From the IMG/VR virus record IMGVR_UViG_3300032116_000127: 20,000 nucleotides of DNA; one strand, given 5' to 3'. Positions within the stretch are counted from its first letter, which is position 1. Each line of letters starts with the position of its first letter. The DNA comes from an uncultured virus (IMG/VR IMGVR_UViG_3300032116_000127). Lineage: Duplodnaviria > Heunggongvirae > Uroviricota > Caudoviricetes. Below, piece after piece: positions 1 through 8,825 of this stretch. The translations under genes and the position numbers were made by a program. The notes below the pieces were generated by a model. That model searched no databases and was not told the origin of the DNA. It saw nothing but the letters and a program-made list of their open reading frames with translations.

Positions 1-2
1 AA

Positions 3-2153
3 TCCAGTAATTGTGATAGTTTTACGATTTGCTTCACTATCAAAAGAAATTGATGCAGAAGTTAAATTTACAACTGTTTTTGCTACGTTATCAAATAATG
101 TATAGTTTGATAAATCTGTATCAGTTAAGAAAAATTCTGTTGATTCTGTTAATGTGTGAATCCAATCACCACCAGCAGTTGACGTTGCAGTTATTGTACG
201 TCTTACAGTTTGAGTAGAAGAAAGTACAGTATCTTGAAGTGTTGCTGAATCTAAACCACGTAAAGTTTTTGTATTCTCAATTCCTGTATTAAATACTAAT
301 GATTGAAATTCAGGATTATAAATTGGTGATGAGCCACGAGCATAAACCACACCTGTGTAATTTGCCGCAAAATTTCTATCAATTGTTAATGAAGTTGGAG
401 AAGCTATTGCATCTACAAATCCAACAAATGTATTTGATGTTGTAAGAACTACAGCATCTCCTACTTTAAATTCATCTTGAAATCTTGTACCAACACCTGT
501 AAGTGTTGCAGCACCAGAAGTACCTGATACTGTACCGATTAAAGATACTGGAGTTGTTGTTTGATCTACTTGTGCGAAAAATCCAATTGGATTAGTTGCA
601 CCAACATCAGTTATCCATTTTACATCTCTCTCAAAATTATAACCTGATTCTAATTTAAGATCAAATAAACCAAGTTTAAAAGTTGGAGAAGAATAAGAAG
701 ATGAATGTAATTGAAACGATTTAATTCTAGCAGTTCCGATTAATCCAGTTTTGTTTATATTAGTTGTTGTTCCGATTGTTGGTGGAGTAATGTGATTATC
801 AATACCAGCCCAAAGATATATTATTCCAAATGTGCTTATTGGTGGAAGACCTTGTACTGATGAAACTAATATGTGATTTCCTACAGTTGTTCCGATAGGT
901 TGATCATCTAATCTTGATATATGTCCATTTTCAACATTATTAATTGGTCTTGCTTTGTTTATACTTAAAAATCTAGTTGAAACTGATTCAACTTCATATC
1001 CTTCGATATATGCTTTTCCTGGATCAACAGCGATTGCTACTTTATCGTTGCTTCCATATGTAATTCCTGCAACTGGAGTTGCTGGGGTAATAGGAAACAC
1101 ACCACCATTTGTACCAGTGTTTAAATGTTCTCTAGATGTAAGATTAAATTTATTTACTTCGTAAGAACCAGATTCATCAAATGTTCTTCGAGCAAAAGTT
1201 TTTTCTATTTCAGCATAAGAAGTTTTATCAACTTTATGTAATAATTGACCATCTTTTAAACGTAATAATTCTATAAATTTAATTGTATCTGTTGTGTTTA
1301 AAGCAAGTCTTTTTAAATTAACTGAAACTTTATATCTATGTGCTCCTGGAGCAGCAAAGTTATTTGAACCTTGTGCATTATCGTTTAATGAAGAATCTTG
1401 TTCTGGTGTAATTACTTCTTCTATAACTTCAAACCCTACACGAGCAGTGACAGTATTTGTAAATCTTCCAACATATAAATGTAATTCAGGATTTTTTACA
1501 AAATATCCATCAATATAATATATTCCTTCTTTCACTTCAACAACTGTTCCATAACCCAATACGTCAGTTGTTGGACTATTAGTATAAACAGTTGCAGCTT
1601 GACCTGTATCACCGAATGTTTTAACAGTCACTGAAATATCAGATACTTGATTTGCTGTTAATCGATAATTATTTGCAGTTGTATTATCAGCTGCAGTTGC
1701 AGTAATTATTTCTCCTGGAATAAATCTTTTAGTTTCTCCATCAGAAGCAGTGTCAGTCATTTTAAAATAAAGAGTAGCAACATTGCTATCTCCTGGAACC
1801 ATACATCCGCACTCAGATGTATCAATCACAACAGCTTTAACACCTGATGTTTGACCTGTAATTATTTTATCTCTGAATTGAGTTAGATAAGATGTGACAT
1901 TTGTATTACCAAATAGATCTTCTAGTTTTGCAAAGTGTACTTGATTATCAAAATTGACTTCTCCTGGAACAACCATTGATCCGTTTTTAAAGACATGGTC
2001 ACCAAAACGACTAATTTGATTTTGAAGGATTGTTTGAAGTTGAGTTAATTCACGTGCTTGTACTGCATATCCTGGACGAAACAATACACGAAGGAATTGT
2101 TTTGACTCATTAAAGTCATCAAAATATGGAGTGACGTTAAAATTTATACTCAT
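3..2153 (-). CDS. VrlC-like / DUF4815 virion structural protein (start present, C-terminus runs off the left edge)
   Basis: Absent from the ORF track because it is truncated. Manual translation from ATG at 2153 gives MSINFNVTPYFDDFNESKQFLRVLFRPGYAVQARELTQLQTILQNQISRFGDHVFKNGSMVVPG, later NDNAQGSNNFAAPGAHRYKV, FARRTFDESGSY and PGKAYIEGYEVE. These motifs are typical of DUF4815/VrlC proteins found after gp8 in cyanophage-type T4-like phages. The frame is still open at the window edge (...SFDSEANRKTITITG). Confidence 0.85.
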   Translation of the reverse strand, partial: MSINFNVTPYFDDFNESKQFLRVLFRPGYAVQARELTQLQTILQNQISRFGDHVFKNGSMVVPGEVNFDNQVHFAKLEDLFGNTNVTSYLTQFRDKIITGQTSGVKAVVIDTSECGCMVPGDSNVATLYFKMTDTASDGETKRFIPGEIITATAADNTTANNYRLTANQVSDISVTVKTFGDTGQAATVYTNSPTTDVLGYGTVVEVKEGIYYIDGYFVKNPELHLYVGRFTNTVTARVGFEVIEEVITPEQDSSLNDNAQGSNNFAAPGAHRYKVSVNLKRLALNTTDTIKFIELLRLKDGQLLHKVDKTSYAEIEKTFARRTFDESGSYEVNKFNLTSREHLNTGTNGGVFPITPATPVAGITYGSNDKVAIAVDPGKAYIEGYEVESVSTRFLSINKARPINNVENGHISRLDDQPIGTTVGNHILVSSVQGLPPISTFGIIYLWAGIDNHITPPTIGTTTNINKTGLIGTARIKSFQLHSSSYSSPTFKLGLFDLKLESGYNFERDVKWITDVGATNPIGFFAQVDQTTTPVSLIGTVSGTSGAATLTGVGTRFQDEFKVGDAVVLTTSNTFVGFVDAIASPTSLTIDRNFAANYTGVVYARGSSPIYNPEFQSLVFNTGIENTKTLRGLDSATLQDTVLSSTQTVRRTITATSTAGGDWIHTLTESTEFFLTDTDLSNYTLFDNVAKTVVNLTSASISFDSEANRKTITITG

Positions 2154-2160
2154 GCTTCTT

Positions 2161-2168
2161 TATATAGT
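2161..2168 (-). promoter_or_regulatory. possible T4-type late promoter variant (ACTATATA) upstream of the VrlC-like gene
   Basis: Minus strand reads ACTATATA-aagaagc-ATG in the 39-bp intergenic gap. It is a non-canonical match to TATAAATA. Confidence 0.3.
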
Positions 2169-2192
2169 TGTTAAGAAAGTAGAAACTAAATT

Positions 2193-3608
2193 CTACATTT
2201 CTACGATAATTTTAATATCTTCGATTTGATCGATAGCACGATTGATTGGTCTACGATTTTCAACATAGATCACATCACCACTGTCTGGCTGTATTTCTGG
2301 ATTTGATAAAGCACCAGAAGTAAATGTCACAGCAGTTGGTGTAGTTCCATCAGCAGCATACATCGTCACAGTTTCAGCTGGTTGAAATGCTACACCAGTT
2401 GGATTATCTGTGCTTGTTTGTATGTATCTAATAGTTGTGTTCGCTGTATCAATGCTAGTAATTCTTCCGACTGCACCTGAAGTACCACCTACGATTTTTC
2501 TATCATTTAATAATGTACCAGCTAATGCTGAATAAGCGATTGATTTAGATGCTGTTCTTGTTGAAAGAGTAGCAACAGTTGTAGAACCAAAATTATAAGG
2601 ATCACGTATTAATGTGATACGACGATAATCATTGTCAACTGGGAAGTCGCCAGATCCATCATTGTATTCTAATCTTACGTTCATCATTACATAGAATCCA
2701 CCTAATTCTTTTATAGCATCAGAACCATGTCCACCTTTTGGTGAAATAATTGCAGTTGCACCAGCATTCGCACCACCACCACCTGTGAATGCTACATTGG
2801 CATAAGTGTATCCTGAACCACCTGAAGTAATATCTACTCTTATAATTGTGTTTGTACCAGCATCACGCACAGCAGTTGCTGTAGCACCTGTACCATCACC
2901 TGTGATTGTCACAGTTGGAGTACTTGAATATCCTGATCCTACGTTTGTGATAACAATATTATCAATACGTCCGTCAACAGCAGCTTGTTCAACTAGATAT
3001 TGATTGTAATATGCATCAGTCACTCCAGGATTTGTTATAAGACGTTTAACTGGAATAAAATCGGTAGAAACGAATTTTAAAACGTTAGCAGGAGAAACTG
3101 TAAACATATATTTCCAAGCATAACCATCAGCTGTAGAAAATATAGCAGTTCCTGTTCCTGTTGGTTTATTTACAGAAGCAACAACAACACCATTTGAATT
3201 TCTGTTATCAATAACTTTATAAACGTTATATTCATCAGTTATCACGAAAAAGTTTGAATCAAATAAAGTTGCAGGAGTTGTAGCACCACCAGAGTTTATG
3301 TTCACTCCAGCAGTCACACCATTATAGTCATGACGATAAATGTCATAATACTTTCCTGATGTCCAATCTCTTCTTGGGATTGCTAATATTACATCAGATG
3401 CTTGTACTCGCTTTAAAGCGATCATGTCATCCCAGTAATATAATTCGTCGCCGACTGTATCTTTTGGTGTATCTGGTAAGTTATCATCAGCCCAACTTTG
3501 TGGACGACCTATACCAAGATATATTGATGTTGGGGATGCTTCATCGAATCCCTCTAAAAATGATTGCGCATTATGAATGCGGAATTTGTTTGAAATAATT
3601 GCTGCCAT
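2193..3608 (-). CDS. gp8: baseplate wedge subunit gp8
   Basis: N-terminal MAAIISNKFRIHNAQSF, then YLGIGRPQSW, YNVYKVIDN, DGYAWKYMFTV and C-terminal SGDVIYVENRRPINRAIDQIEDIKIIVEM. Follows gp7. SD AAGGA upstream. Confidence 0.9.
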   Translation of the reverse strand: MAAIISNKFRIHNAQSFLEGFDEASPTSIYLGIGRPQSWADDNLPDTPKDTVGDELYYWDDMIALKRVQASDVILAIPRRDWTSGKYYDIYRHDYNGVTAGVNINSGGATTPATLFDSNFFVITDEYNVYKVIDNRNSNGVVVASVNKPTGTGTAIFSTADGYAWKYMFTVSPANVLKFVSTDFIPVKRLITNPGVTDAYYNQYLVEQAAVDGRIDNIVITNVGSGYSSTPTVTITGDGTGATATAVRDAGTNTIIRVDITSGGSGYTYANVAFTGGGGANAGATAIISPKGGHGSDAIKELGGFYVMMNVRLEYNDGSGDFPVDNDYRRITLIRDPYNFGSTTVATLSTRTASKSIAYSALAGTLLNDRKIVGGTSGAVGRITSIDTANTTIRYIQTSTDNPTGVAFQPAETVTMYAADGTTPTAVTFTSGALSNPEIQPDSGDVIYVENRRPINRAIDQIEDIKIIVEM

Positions 3609-3627
3609 GGTTATTTTTCCTTAATGT

Positions 3628-6264
3628 TTATGTGTATAAGTCGAATAATAAATTGTTATTATCCCAATTGTAAATAGACGCATCCATTTCTACACTGTCT
3701 GCATCCATAGTAAATGTATCATCAAACGTGAATCGAGCATCGTCTGTCGAGAATCTTAAAGCTGATGCTGGAAGCCTGATAATACCAATCTCTGATTCAA
3801 TTGCAAAATTGACTTTCCTATAAGGGTTATTTAGTATTTCTCCTACAGTTAAGTTGGTAAAATCTTTAATTTGAGTATTACCATAATTCCAATAATTAAA
3901 GTTTGGATTTGGGTAAGTATTCGCTAATCCATATGTACCTGTTGTATATGCAGGAGTTCCATCACTATTTGCGAATTTAGTACCTGAAATACTTGGTTTA
4001 TGAGTAAATTTATATCTTTCAAGATCAACTAAATTTATACCATATCTTCTTGCACTTCCATCGAAAGCAGGAGTTGATTTATTAAGTAAAGTGACTGGAT
4101 TTCTATCTAGTTTATTCGCTTTTGTTAATAATTTAGCAAGATTAATTTCAAGCTGTTTCGCTTGTTCGAATCCTATAACTTCTGCTCTTAAATCCAACAA
4201 ATGTATTTCTTGTGGTGTAAGGTTTGGAAAGTTTAATGTTGGTAAGAATTCTGAAGCTAATACACTTATATTTAGTGTTGAAACTACGAAGTCTGTTATG
4301 CCCAAAATTATCTGATTTTTACTTAAAGTAGCATACATTTCTCCTGCTGTACGATAGTTTCCTACAGCTTTCATCTTTAAGTCTATTAGTTGACGAATAT
4401 TATAGTTTAATATTTCTCTTCGAAGTTTAGTTTCGGTTTTTATAGTATTTTTAATTTTAACTTCTCCAAATAATGCCAGACCAATTGGATGTAATAATTT
4501 TTTTACAGCATCACGATATAGGTTAATACTCTGTCCTACTTTTACAACATATGAAAAATCTTGGTAGTAAAGAGAGTCTTGAATACGTTTAGAACTTTCA
4601 GATATTTGTCCGTCTGAAGAACTAAATCCACCAACTTGAGAAGTGACTGCATTTACTCTTACTCGAATATTTGGATTTGAAATAGAACAAATAGTTGCAG
4701 TTGTATTAGAAGTTAAACCTCTAATCCTCATATTGTGTTGAAATTGTCCTGATTCTTCTCTTACAAATATATCAGCATCTTCATCTAATATATAACCACT
4801 CTCATCTTCTTTTAAAAATCCATTAAAAGATGTTCCTTCTTTTAATTTAATTAAATGTGTATCATTATCTATTTTTTCTAATATTGCTTGAGCAACTTGT
4901 TGTTTCTCATTTAAAAATTTATCACCATTTTCTAATATTAAATTATCATCAGTATTTCTTTCTAAACGAATTGATTGTGGCAAACTTGTAATAGTTTCAC
5001 CTGTTATAAAACTTCCTGATGGGTTTTTAATAACTACAGAAAGAGGTACAAAAAAATAAGGAGGATTTATATAGTCAAATCCACTTTCAGAAGTCACAAT
5101 ACTTGTTATTCTACCAATACTGTTTGATGCTGCTAATATTTTACCATTTGCTCTTCCAGATCCAGTTGGTAAAGAACAAATAGGAAGTTTGCTGTAAAAA
5201 GCACCACCTGAAAGTAAAGTTGCTTTCTTAATTGCACCTGAATTTGAAGATTCAATATCAATATCTCCTAATTCTTCTGAAAGTAATTTTCCTGAATCGT
5301 CTTCTAATAAAAAAGAATCTCTATCTACTTCTGAAACAAATCCTGTTGCAGTTAATGATGGTGATAACTCTGGTCCTCCAGTTCCTGTATTATTAAAACT
5401 AATTACATCCCCTATTTGATATCCAACACCACCTGCTGCTACAATTAATTCAGAAACAGATCCAGGAGAAACTGCTCCTACTTCTGAACGAGCAAGGACT
5501 CCTGTTGGTGAAGAAAAATAAACTATGTCACCAACATTACTGTAAGTTCCACCTTGATTATTAATGATTGAAAATTGTTGAATGATTGGTAATACAGTAC
5601 AAACTATTGGAGTATTATCAATAAAAGATGTTCCAGTAATAGTATATGTTTGAATATCATTTGTTTGTTTAAATGTTCCTATAATACTATCTTTACTTAA
5701 TGTTAATTCAGCTATGTCTTGTGTCAAATATCGAAAAAGAATTACGTTCTCTACTCGAGCTGTTGCTTTTTCTACATCGCCATTTGGAAATATTCTTGTT
5801 TGAGTAATTAATTGTCCTAGTAAATTACGAGCATCACCAGTGGTAGAAACAACACGAATTAATTGTCTTTCGCTCCATTTACCATCTGATACACGAAGCA
5901 TATCAACTTTAGGAAAATATACTTCGGCATCTTCATTAAACAATATACGAAAAAGAAATTTATATGAAGCTTCTGTTCCTTTTGATAGGTATAAATCTTT
6001 AATGTGTTTAGCTAAGAATCTTTTATCTGATATAACTTCTCTTGGAATACTGTGTAATATTTCTTTTGAAAAGAATTCAATAAACATATTGACTGTGTTG
6101 TCAATATCTCTTATATCTTCTAAATGTTGTTGTGGGTAAAAATTTTCAAGCCACTCATAGTATGCTTTTAAAAAATCAATAAACTTTTGATTATCATCCC
6201 TTACAAATTCAGGAACTTGTTTATTAACTACTATTGATGCTGTTGCTTTTACTGAAGCTGGCAT
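3628..6264 (-). CDS. gp7: baseplate wedge initiator gp7-like protein
   Basis: QVPEFVRDD..FIDFLKAYYEWLE, IKDLYLSKGTEASYKFLFRILFNE and IQDSLYYQDFSYVVK...VKKLLHPIGLALFGE. Lies between gp6 and gp8. Confidence 0.8.
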   Translation of the reverse strand: MPASVKATASIVVNKQVPEFVRDDNQKFIDFLKAYYEWLENFYPQQHLEDIRDIDNTVNMFIEFFSKEILHSIPREVISDKRFLAKHIKDLYLSKGTEASYKFLFRILFNEDAEVYFPKVDMLRVSDGKWSERQLIRVVSTTGDARNLLGQLITQTRIFPNGDVEKATARVENVILFRYLTQDIAELTLSKDSIIGTFKQTNDIQTYTITGTSFIDNTPIVCTVLPIIQQFSIINNQGGTYSNVGDIVYFSSPTGVLARSEVGAVSPGSVSELIVAAGGVGYQIGDVISFNNTGTGGPELSPSLTATGFVSEVDRDSFLLEDDSGKLLSEELGDIDIESSNSGAIKKATLLSGGAFYSKLPICSLPTGSGRANGKILAASNSIGRITSIVTSESGFDYINPPYFFVPLSVVIKNPSGSFITGETITSLPQSIRLERNTDDNLILENGDKFLNEKQQVAQAILEKIDNDTHLIKLKEGTSFNGFLKEDESGYILDEDADIFVREESGQFQHNMRIRGLTSNTTATICSISNPNIRVRVNAVTSQVGGFSSSDGQISESSKRIQDSLYYQDFSYVVKVGQSINLYRDAVKKLLHPIGLALFGEVKIKNTIKTETKLRREILNYNIRQLIDLKMKAVGNYRTAGEMYATLSKNQIILGITDFVVSTLNISVLASEFLPTLNFPNLTPQEIHLLDLRAEVIGFEQAKQLEINLAKLLTKANKLDRNPVTLLNKSTPAFDGSARRYGINLVDLERYKFTHKPSISGTKFANSDGTPAYTTGTYGLANTYPNPNFNYWNYGNTQIKDFTNLTVGEILNNPYRKVNFAIESEIGIIRLPASALRFSTDDARFTFDDTFTMDADSVEMDASIYNWDNNNLLFDLYT

Positions 6265-6269
6265 AGTTT

Positions 6270-8117
6270 TTATCTACTAGTTGAGAATATAAAATCTTTT
6301 CCTGATACACTTTCACCAGAAGCAATTTTATCAGATATAACATTTACTTCTATATCTTGTTCTCTTATAAATGCTAATTGATTTCTAACAGATATTACAT
6401 CATAAGAAGCAGGTTCTACTCTAAAAGTTATTTTACCATTAGTATCACCTTGTGTTATGTTGATACTATCAATTGATATTTTACCAGTTGAATAATTTAC
6501 TGTACCGATATATGATGGTGTATAAATTTTAACGTTTGCAGCAGTAAGATAAAACAATCTTAAATTACCGATTGCATTGTCTTCAATATAATACGTATCT
6601 GTACTTCCTGCTATTTTAAATCCTGATGACGACACAGAAATAGAAGCATTTTGTGTTGAAGTTGGTCTATAAATTGGATTATTTAATGAAAATGTATATT
6701 TTGTATTTGTATTAAATTGTGGTGTTAAAAGATACTTTAATTGAATTTTAGTAATGTTTGATACAATGCTACTTTCACTAGTATCAATTAAAATTGATAA
6801 TGCTGATTCACGAAATACTGCATCAAATTTATTTAAATTATTTGTGTTATAGTTTTTAATTGCATCAATAACGATGCTTTTTATAGTATCAGCACTACGA
6901 GTTGTTGATTTAGGATTATAATACACATTTGAATTTACTGATATGTATAATATGTCAGGATCTACTATTTCAGGAATAATACTCACTAAGCTTTTTCCTT
7001 TTACAATATCTTTAATTATAATTTGTTTTGTACTTTGTGTAAGAGTATCTCCTGTTTTTGGTTTAATGCAAATATATGCTTTTCCATAAATTGGTGGATC
7101 ATTTTCTTCCCCACCCCAAACAGAAATAGCATCTACATTATTATAAAATTTAGGAATAAGTGTTTTATAATCTTCTGCAGTCACAGCACGATTTTGAGCT
7201 GTAAAATTTTTAGGAGCATTATATTTTATACTGTCTATCGACTCAGGTACAGAACCACCTGCTGCAATAGATTTAGTCACAATTGATACGTTAGCTGTAT
7301 TTGTGAATGCATTTCCTGTGTATGTGAAAGTAGATGTACCATTTGGTTCTGATTCACTGCAAACAAAATAATCTATAATAATGTTTGCACCATTTGCTGG
7401 AGCAAATCCCAATAAGCCATCACCAAAAGAAATAACATAATTACCATCATCATTTTCTTTTAAAAAATAAACACGTGATGATGGAGTTAATGTAGCGAAA
7501 TTATCAGCAAGAGTATATACTGTATTTGCTGCTGATCCTGCTACTTCTTGAACGTTCACTTTAATTGTTGAAGTATCTACTTTAAGATTTGGAACTGTAT
7601 AAGAACCATTTGTGACCATTGAATATGTTTTTTGTAATAATCTTCCTTCAATTATAGGAATATTTAAAAATGAATATGTATTTGTGACTGAACGAGAAAC
7701 AGTAATTGCACTATCAGTTGAGAAATTAAAATTACTTCCACTGAAATTTGAACTAAATGAAGTTCCTGCTGGTATAGTAAGTGTAGTTGGATTTCCTGAC
7801 ACGTTAGAAATTATTATATCAACAAGTGCTCTTGAAGCAATACTTGATGATGGAGTATATCCTAATGACTTAGCAAGACTTACAACTGATGAACGTTTAA
7901 CAGCACTATCTAAAAACATTTCATTAACACTCAAATTATAATATAAAGCATTATAGTGTGTGTTATAGGCAAGTACATCTAATAGAATCGAAAGACCAGA
8001 TCCTTCAAAATTGTAATCGCTAAATGCATTTTGTGCTTTTAAATAAGTTTTTATATTCTTTTTTATTTCATCAAAATCTAATTCAGTGACTTTAATGTTT
8101 CTACTTGTTTCTGCCAT
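6270..8117 (-). CDS. gp6: baseplate wedge subunit gp6
   Basis: ELDFDEIKKNIKTYL..FSDYNFEGSGLSILLDVLAYNTHY, FGDGLLG and ESIDSIKYNAP..QNRAVTAEDY. Coupled to gp25 by a TAATG overlap at 8117. Confidence 0.95.
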   Translation of the reverse strand: MAETSRNIKVTELDFDEIKKNIKTYLKAQNAFSDYNFEGSGLSILLDVLAYNTHYNALYYNLSVNEMFLDSAVKRSSVVSLAKSLGYTPSSSIASRALVDIIISNVSGNPTTLTIPAGTSFSSNFSGSNFNFSTDSAITVSRSVTNTYSFLNIPIIEGRLLQKTYSMVTNGSYTVPNLKVDTSTIKVNVQEVAGSAANTVYTLADNFATLTPSSRVYFLKENDDGNYVISFGDGLLGFAPANGANIIIDYFVCSESEPNGTSTFTYTGNAFTNTANVSIVTKSIAAGGSVPESIDSIKYNAPKNFTAQNRAVTAEDYKTLIPKFYNNVDAISVWGGEENDPPIYGKAYICIKPKTGDTLTQSTKQIIIKDIVKGKSLVSIIPEIVDPDILYISVNSNVYYNPKSTTRSADTIKSIVIDAIKNYNTNNLNKFDAVFRESALSILIDTSESSIVSNITKIQLKYLLTPQFNTNTKYTFSLNNPIYRPTSTQNASISVSSSGFKIAGSTDTYYIEDNAIGNLRLFYLTAANVKIYTPSYIGTVNYSTGKISIDSINITQGDTNGKITFRVEPASYDVISVRNQLAFIREQDIEVNVISDKIASGESVSGKDFIFSTSR

Positions 8118-8509
8118 TATCGTGTTCTTTCAAGTGTTAAAGTTAATTCTATTGGTGTAGCTGTATTAATAATTTTAAATACAATACGAATATCTACGTA
8201 ATTCTCATCAGGTCGAACATTAACAAAAACATCAACTAGTTGTACTCTTGGTTCGTAATTTCTTATTACATCTACTATACTTCTTTTAATAATTGAAACA
8301 GACATTTCAGTGACTGGTTCAAATAATAAACCACGAACTTGACTGCCAATTTCACTATGGAATGGTCTTTCAAAATTTTTAGTAAGTATTAAATTTCGGA
8401 CACTTTGTTTAATCGCTTGTTCATCATATTTTATAGCTACATCCTTATTAACTGGATGTGCTGTAAAATTAAGATCTAAATCTGTAAATGTTCTTGTATT
8501 TGTAGGCAT
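8117..8509 (-). CDS. gp25: baseplate wedge subunit gp25 (sheath initiator)
   Basis: FTDLDLNFTAHP, AIKQSVRNLILT..ERPFHSEIGS and IRNYEPRV (GPW/gp25 family). Confidence 0.95.
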   Translation of the reverse strand: MPTNTRTFTDLDLNFTAHPVNKDVAIKYDEQAIKQSVRNLILTKNFERPFHSEIGSQVRGLLFEPVTEMSVSIIKRSIVDVIRNYEPRVQLVDVFVNVRPDENYVDIRIVFKIINTATPIELTLTLERTR

Positions 8510-8513
8510 ATTA

Positions 8514-8521
8514 TATTTAGT
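8514..8521 (-). promoter_or_regulatory. putative T4-type late promoter (ACTAAATA) directly upstream of gp25
   Basis: Minus strand reads ACTAAATA-TAAT-ATG. No SD in the 11-bp gap. Confidence 0.5.
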
Positions 8522-8823
8522 TATCCTATATTAACTTTTGGTGAACAAAGTGGTCCGACAGAATCGCCACAGGCTATTGGGTCTCCTAATCTAACAGCCA
8601 TTTTTCCTTCTATAAAAACCTTTTTTGATCCTAATACTACTCTTCTAGATGCTCCACTGTGTACTATTAAACCACAAATATGTGAAATATAAATTGTATG
8701 ATTTACTAAAGGAACTGCTAATCCATTAATAGTTGTTTTCAAACTAAATGGTCCAGCAGGCAATCTTGCTGGCCAACAGCCATGTCCTGATGATAAAGTA
8801 GTTGTTAGTGCTGCTAATGGCAT
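8521..8823 (-). CDS. PAAR-repeat spike tip protein (gp5.4-like)
   Basis: 100 aa directly downstream of gp5. SSGHGCWP, HICGLIVH and VFIEGKMAVRLGDPIACG give PAAR-like motifs with His/Cys metal ligands. Confidence 0.85.
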   Translation of the reverse strand: MPLAALTTTLSSGHGCWPARLPAGPFSLKTTINGLAVPLVNHTIYISHICGLIVHSGASRRVVLGSKKVFIEGKMAVRLGDPIACGDSVGPLCSPKVNIG

Positions 8824-8825
8824 AT

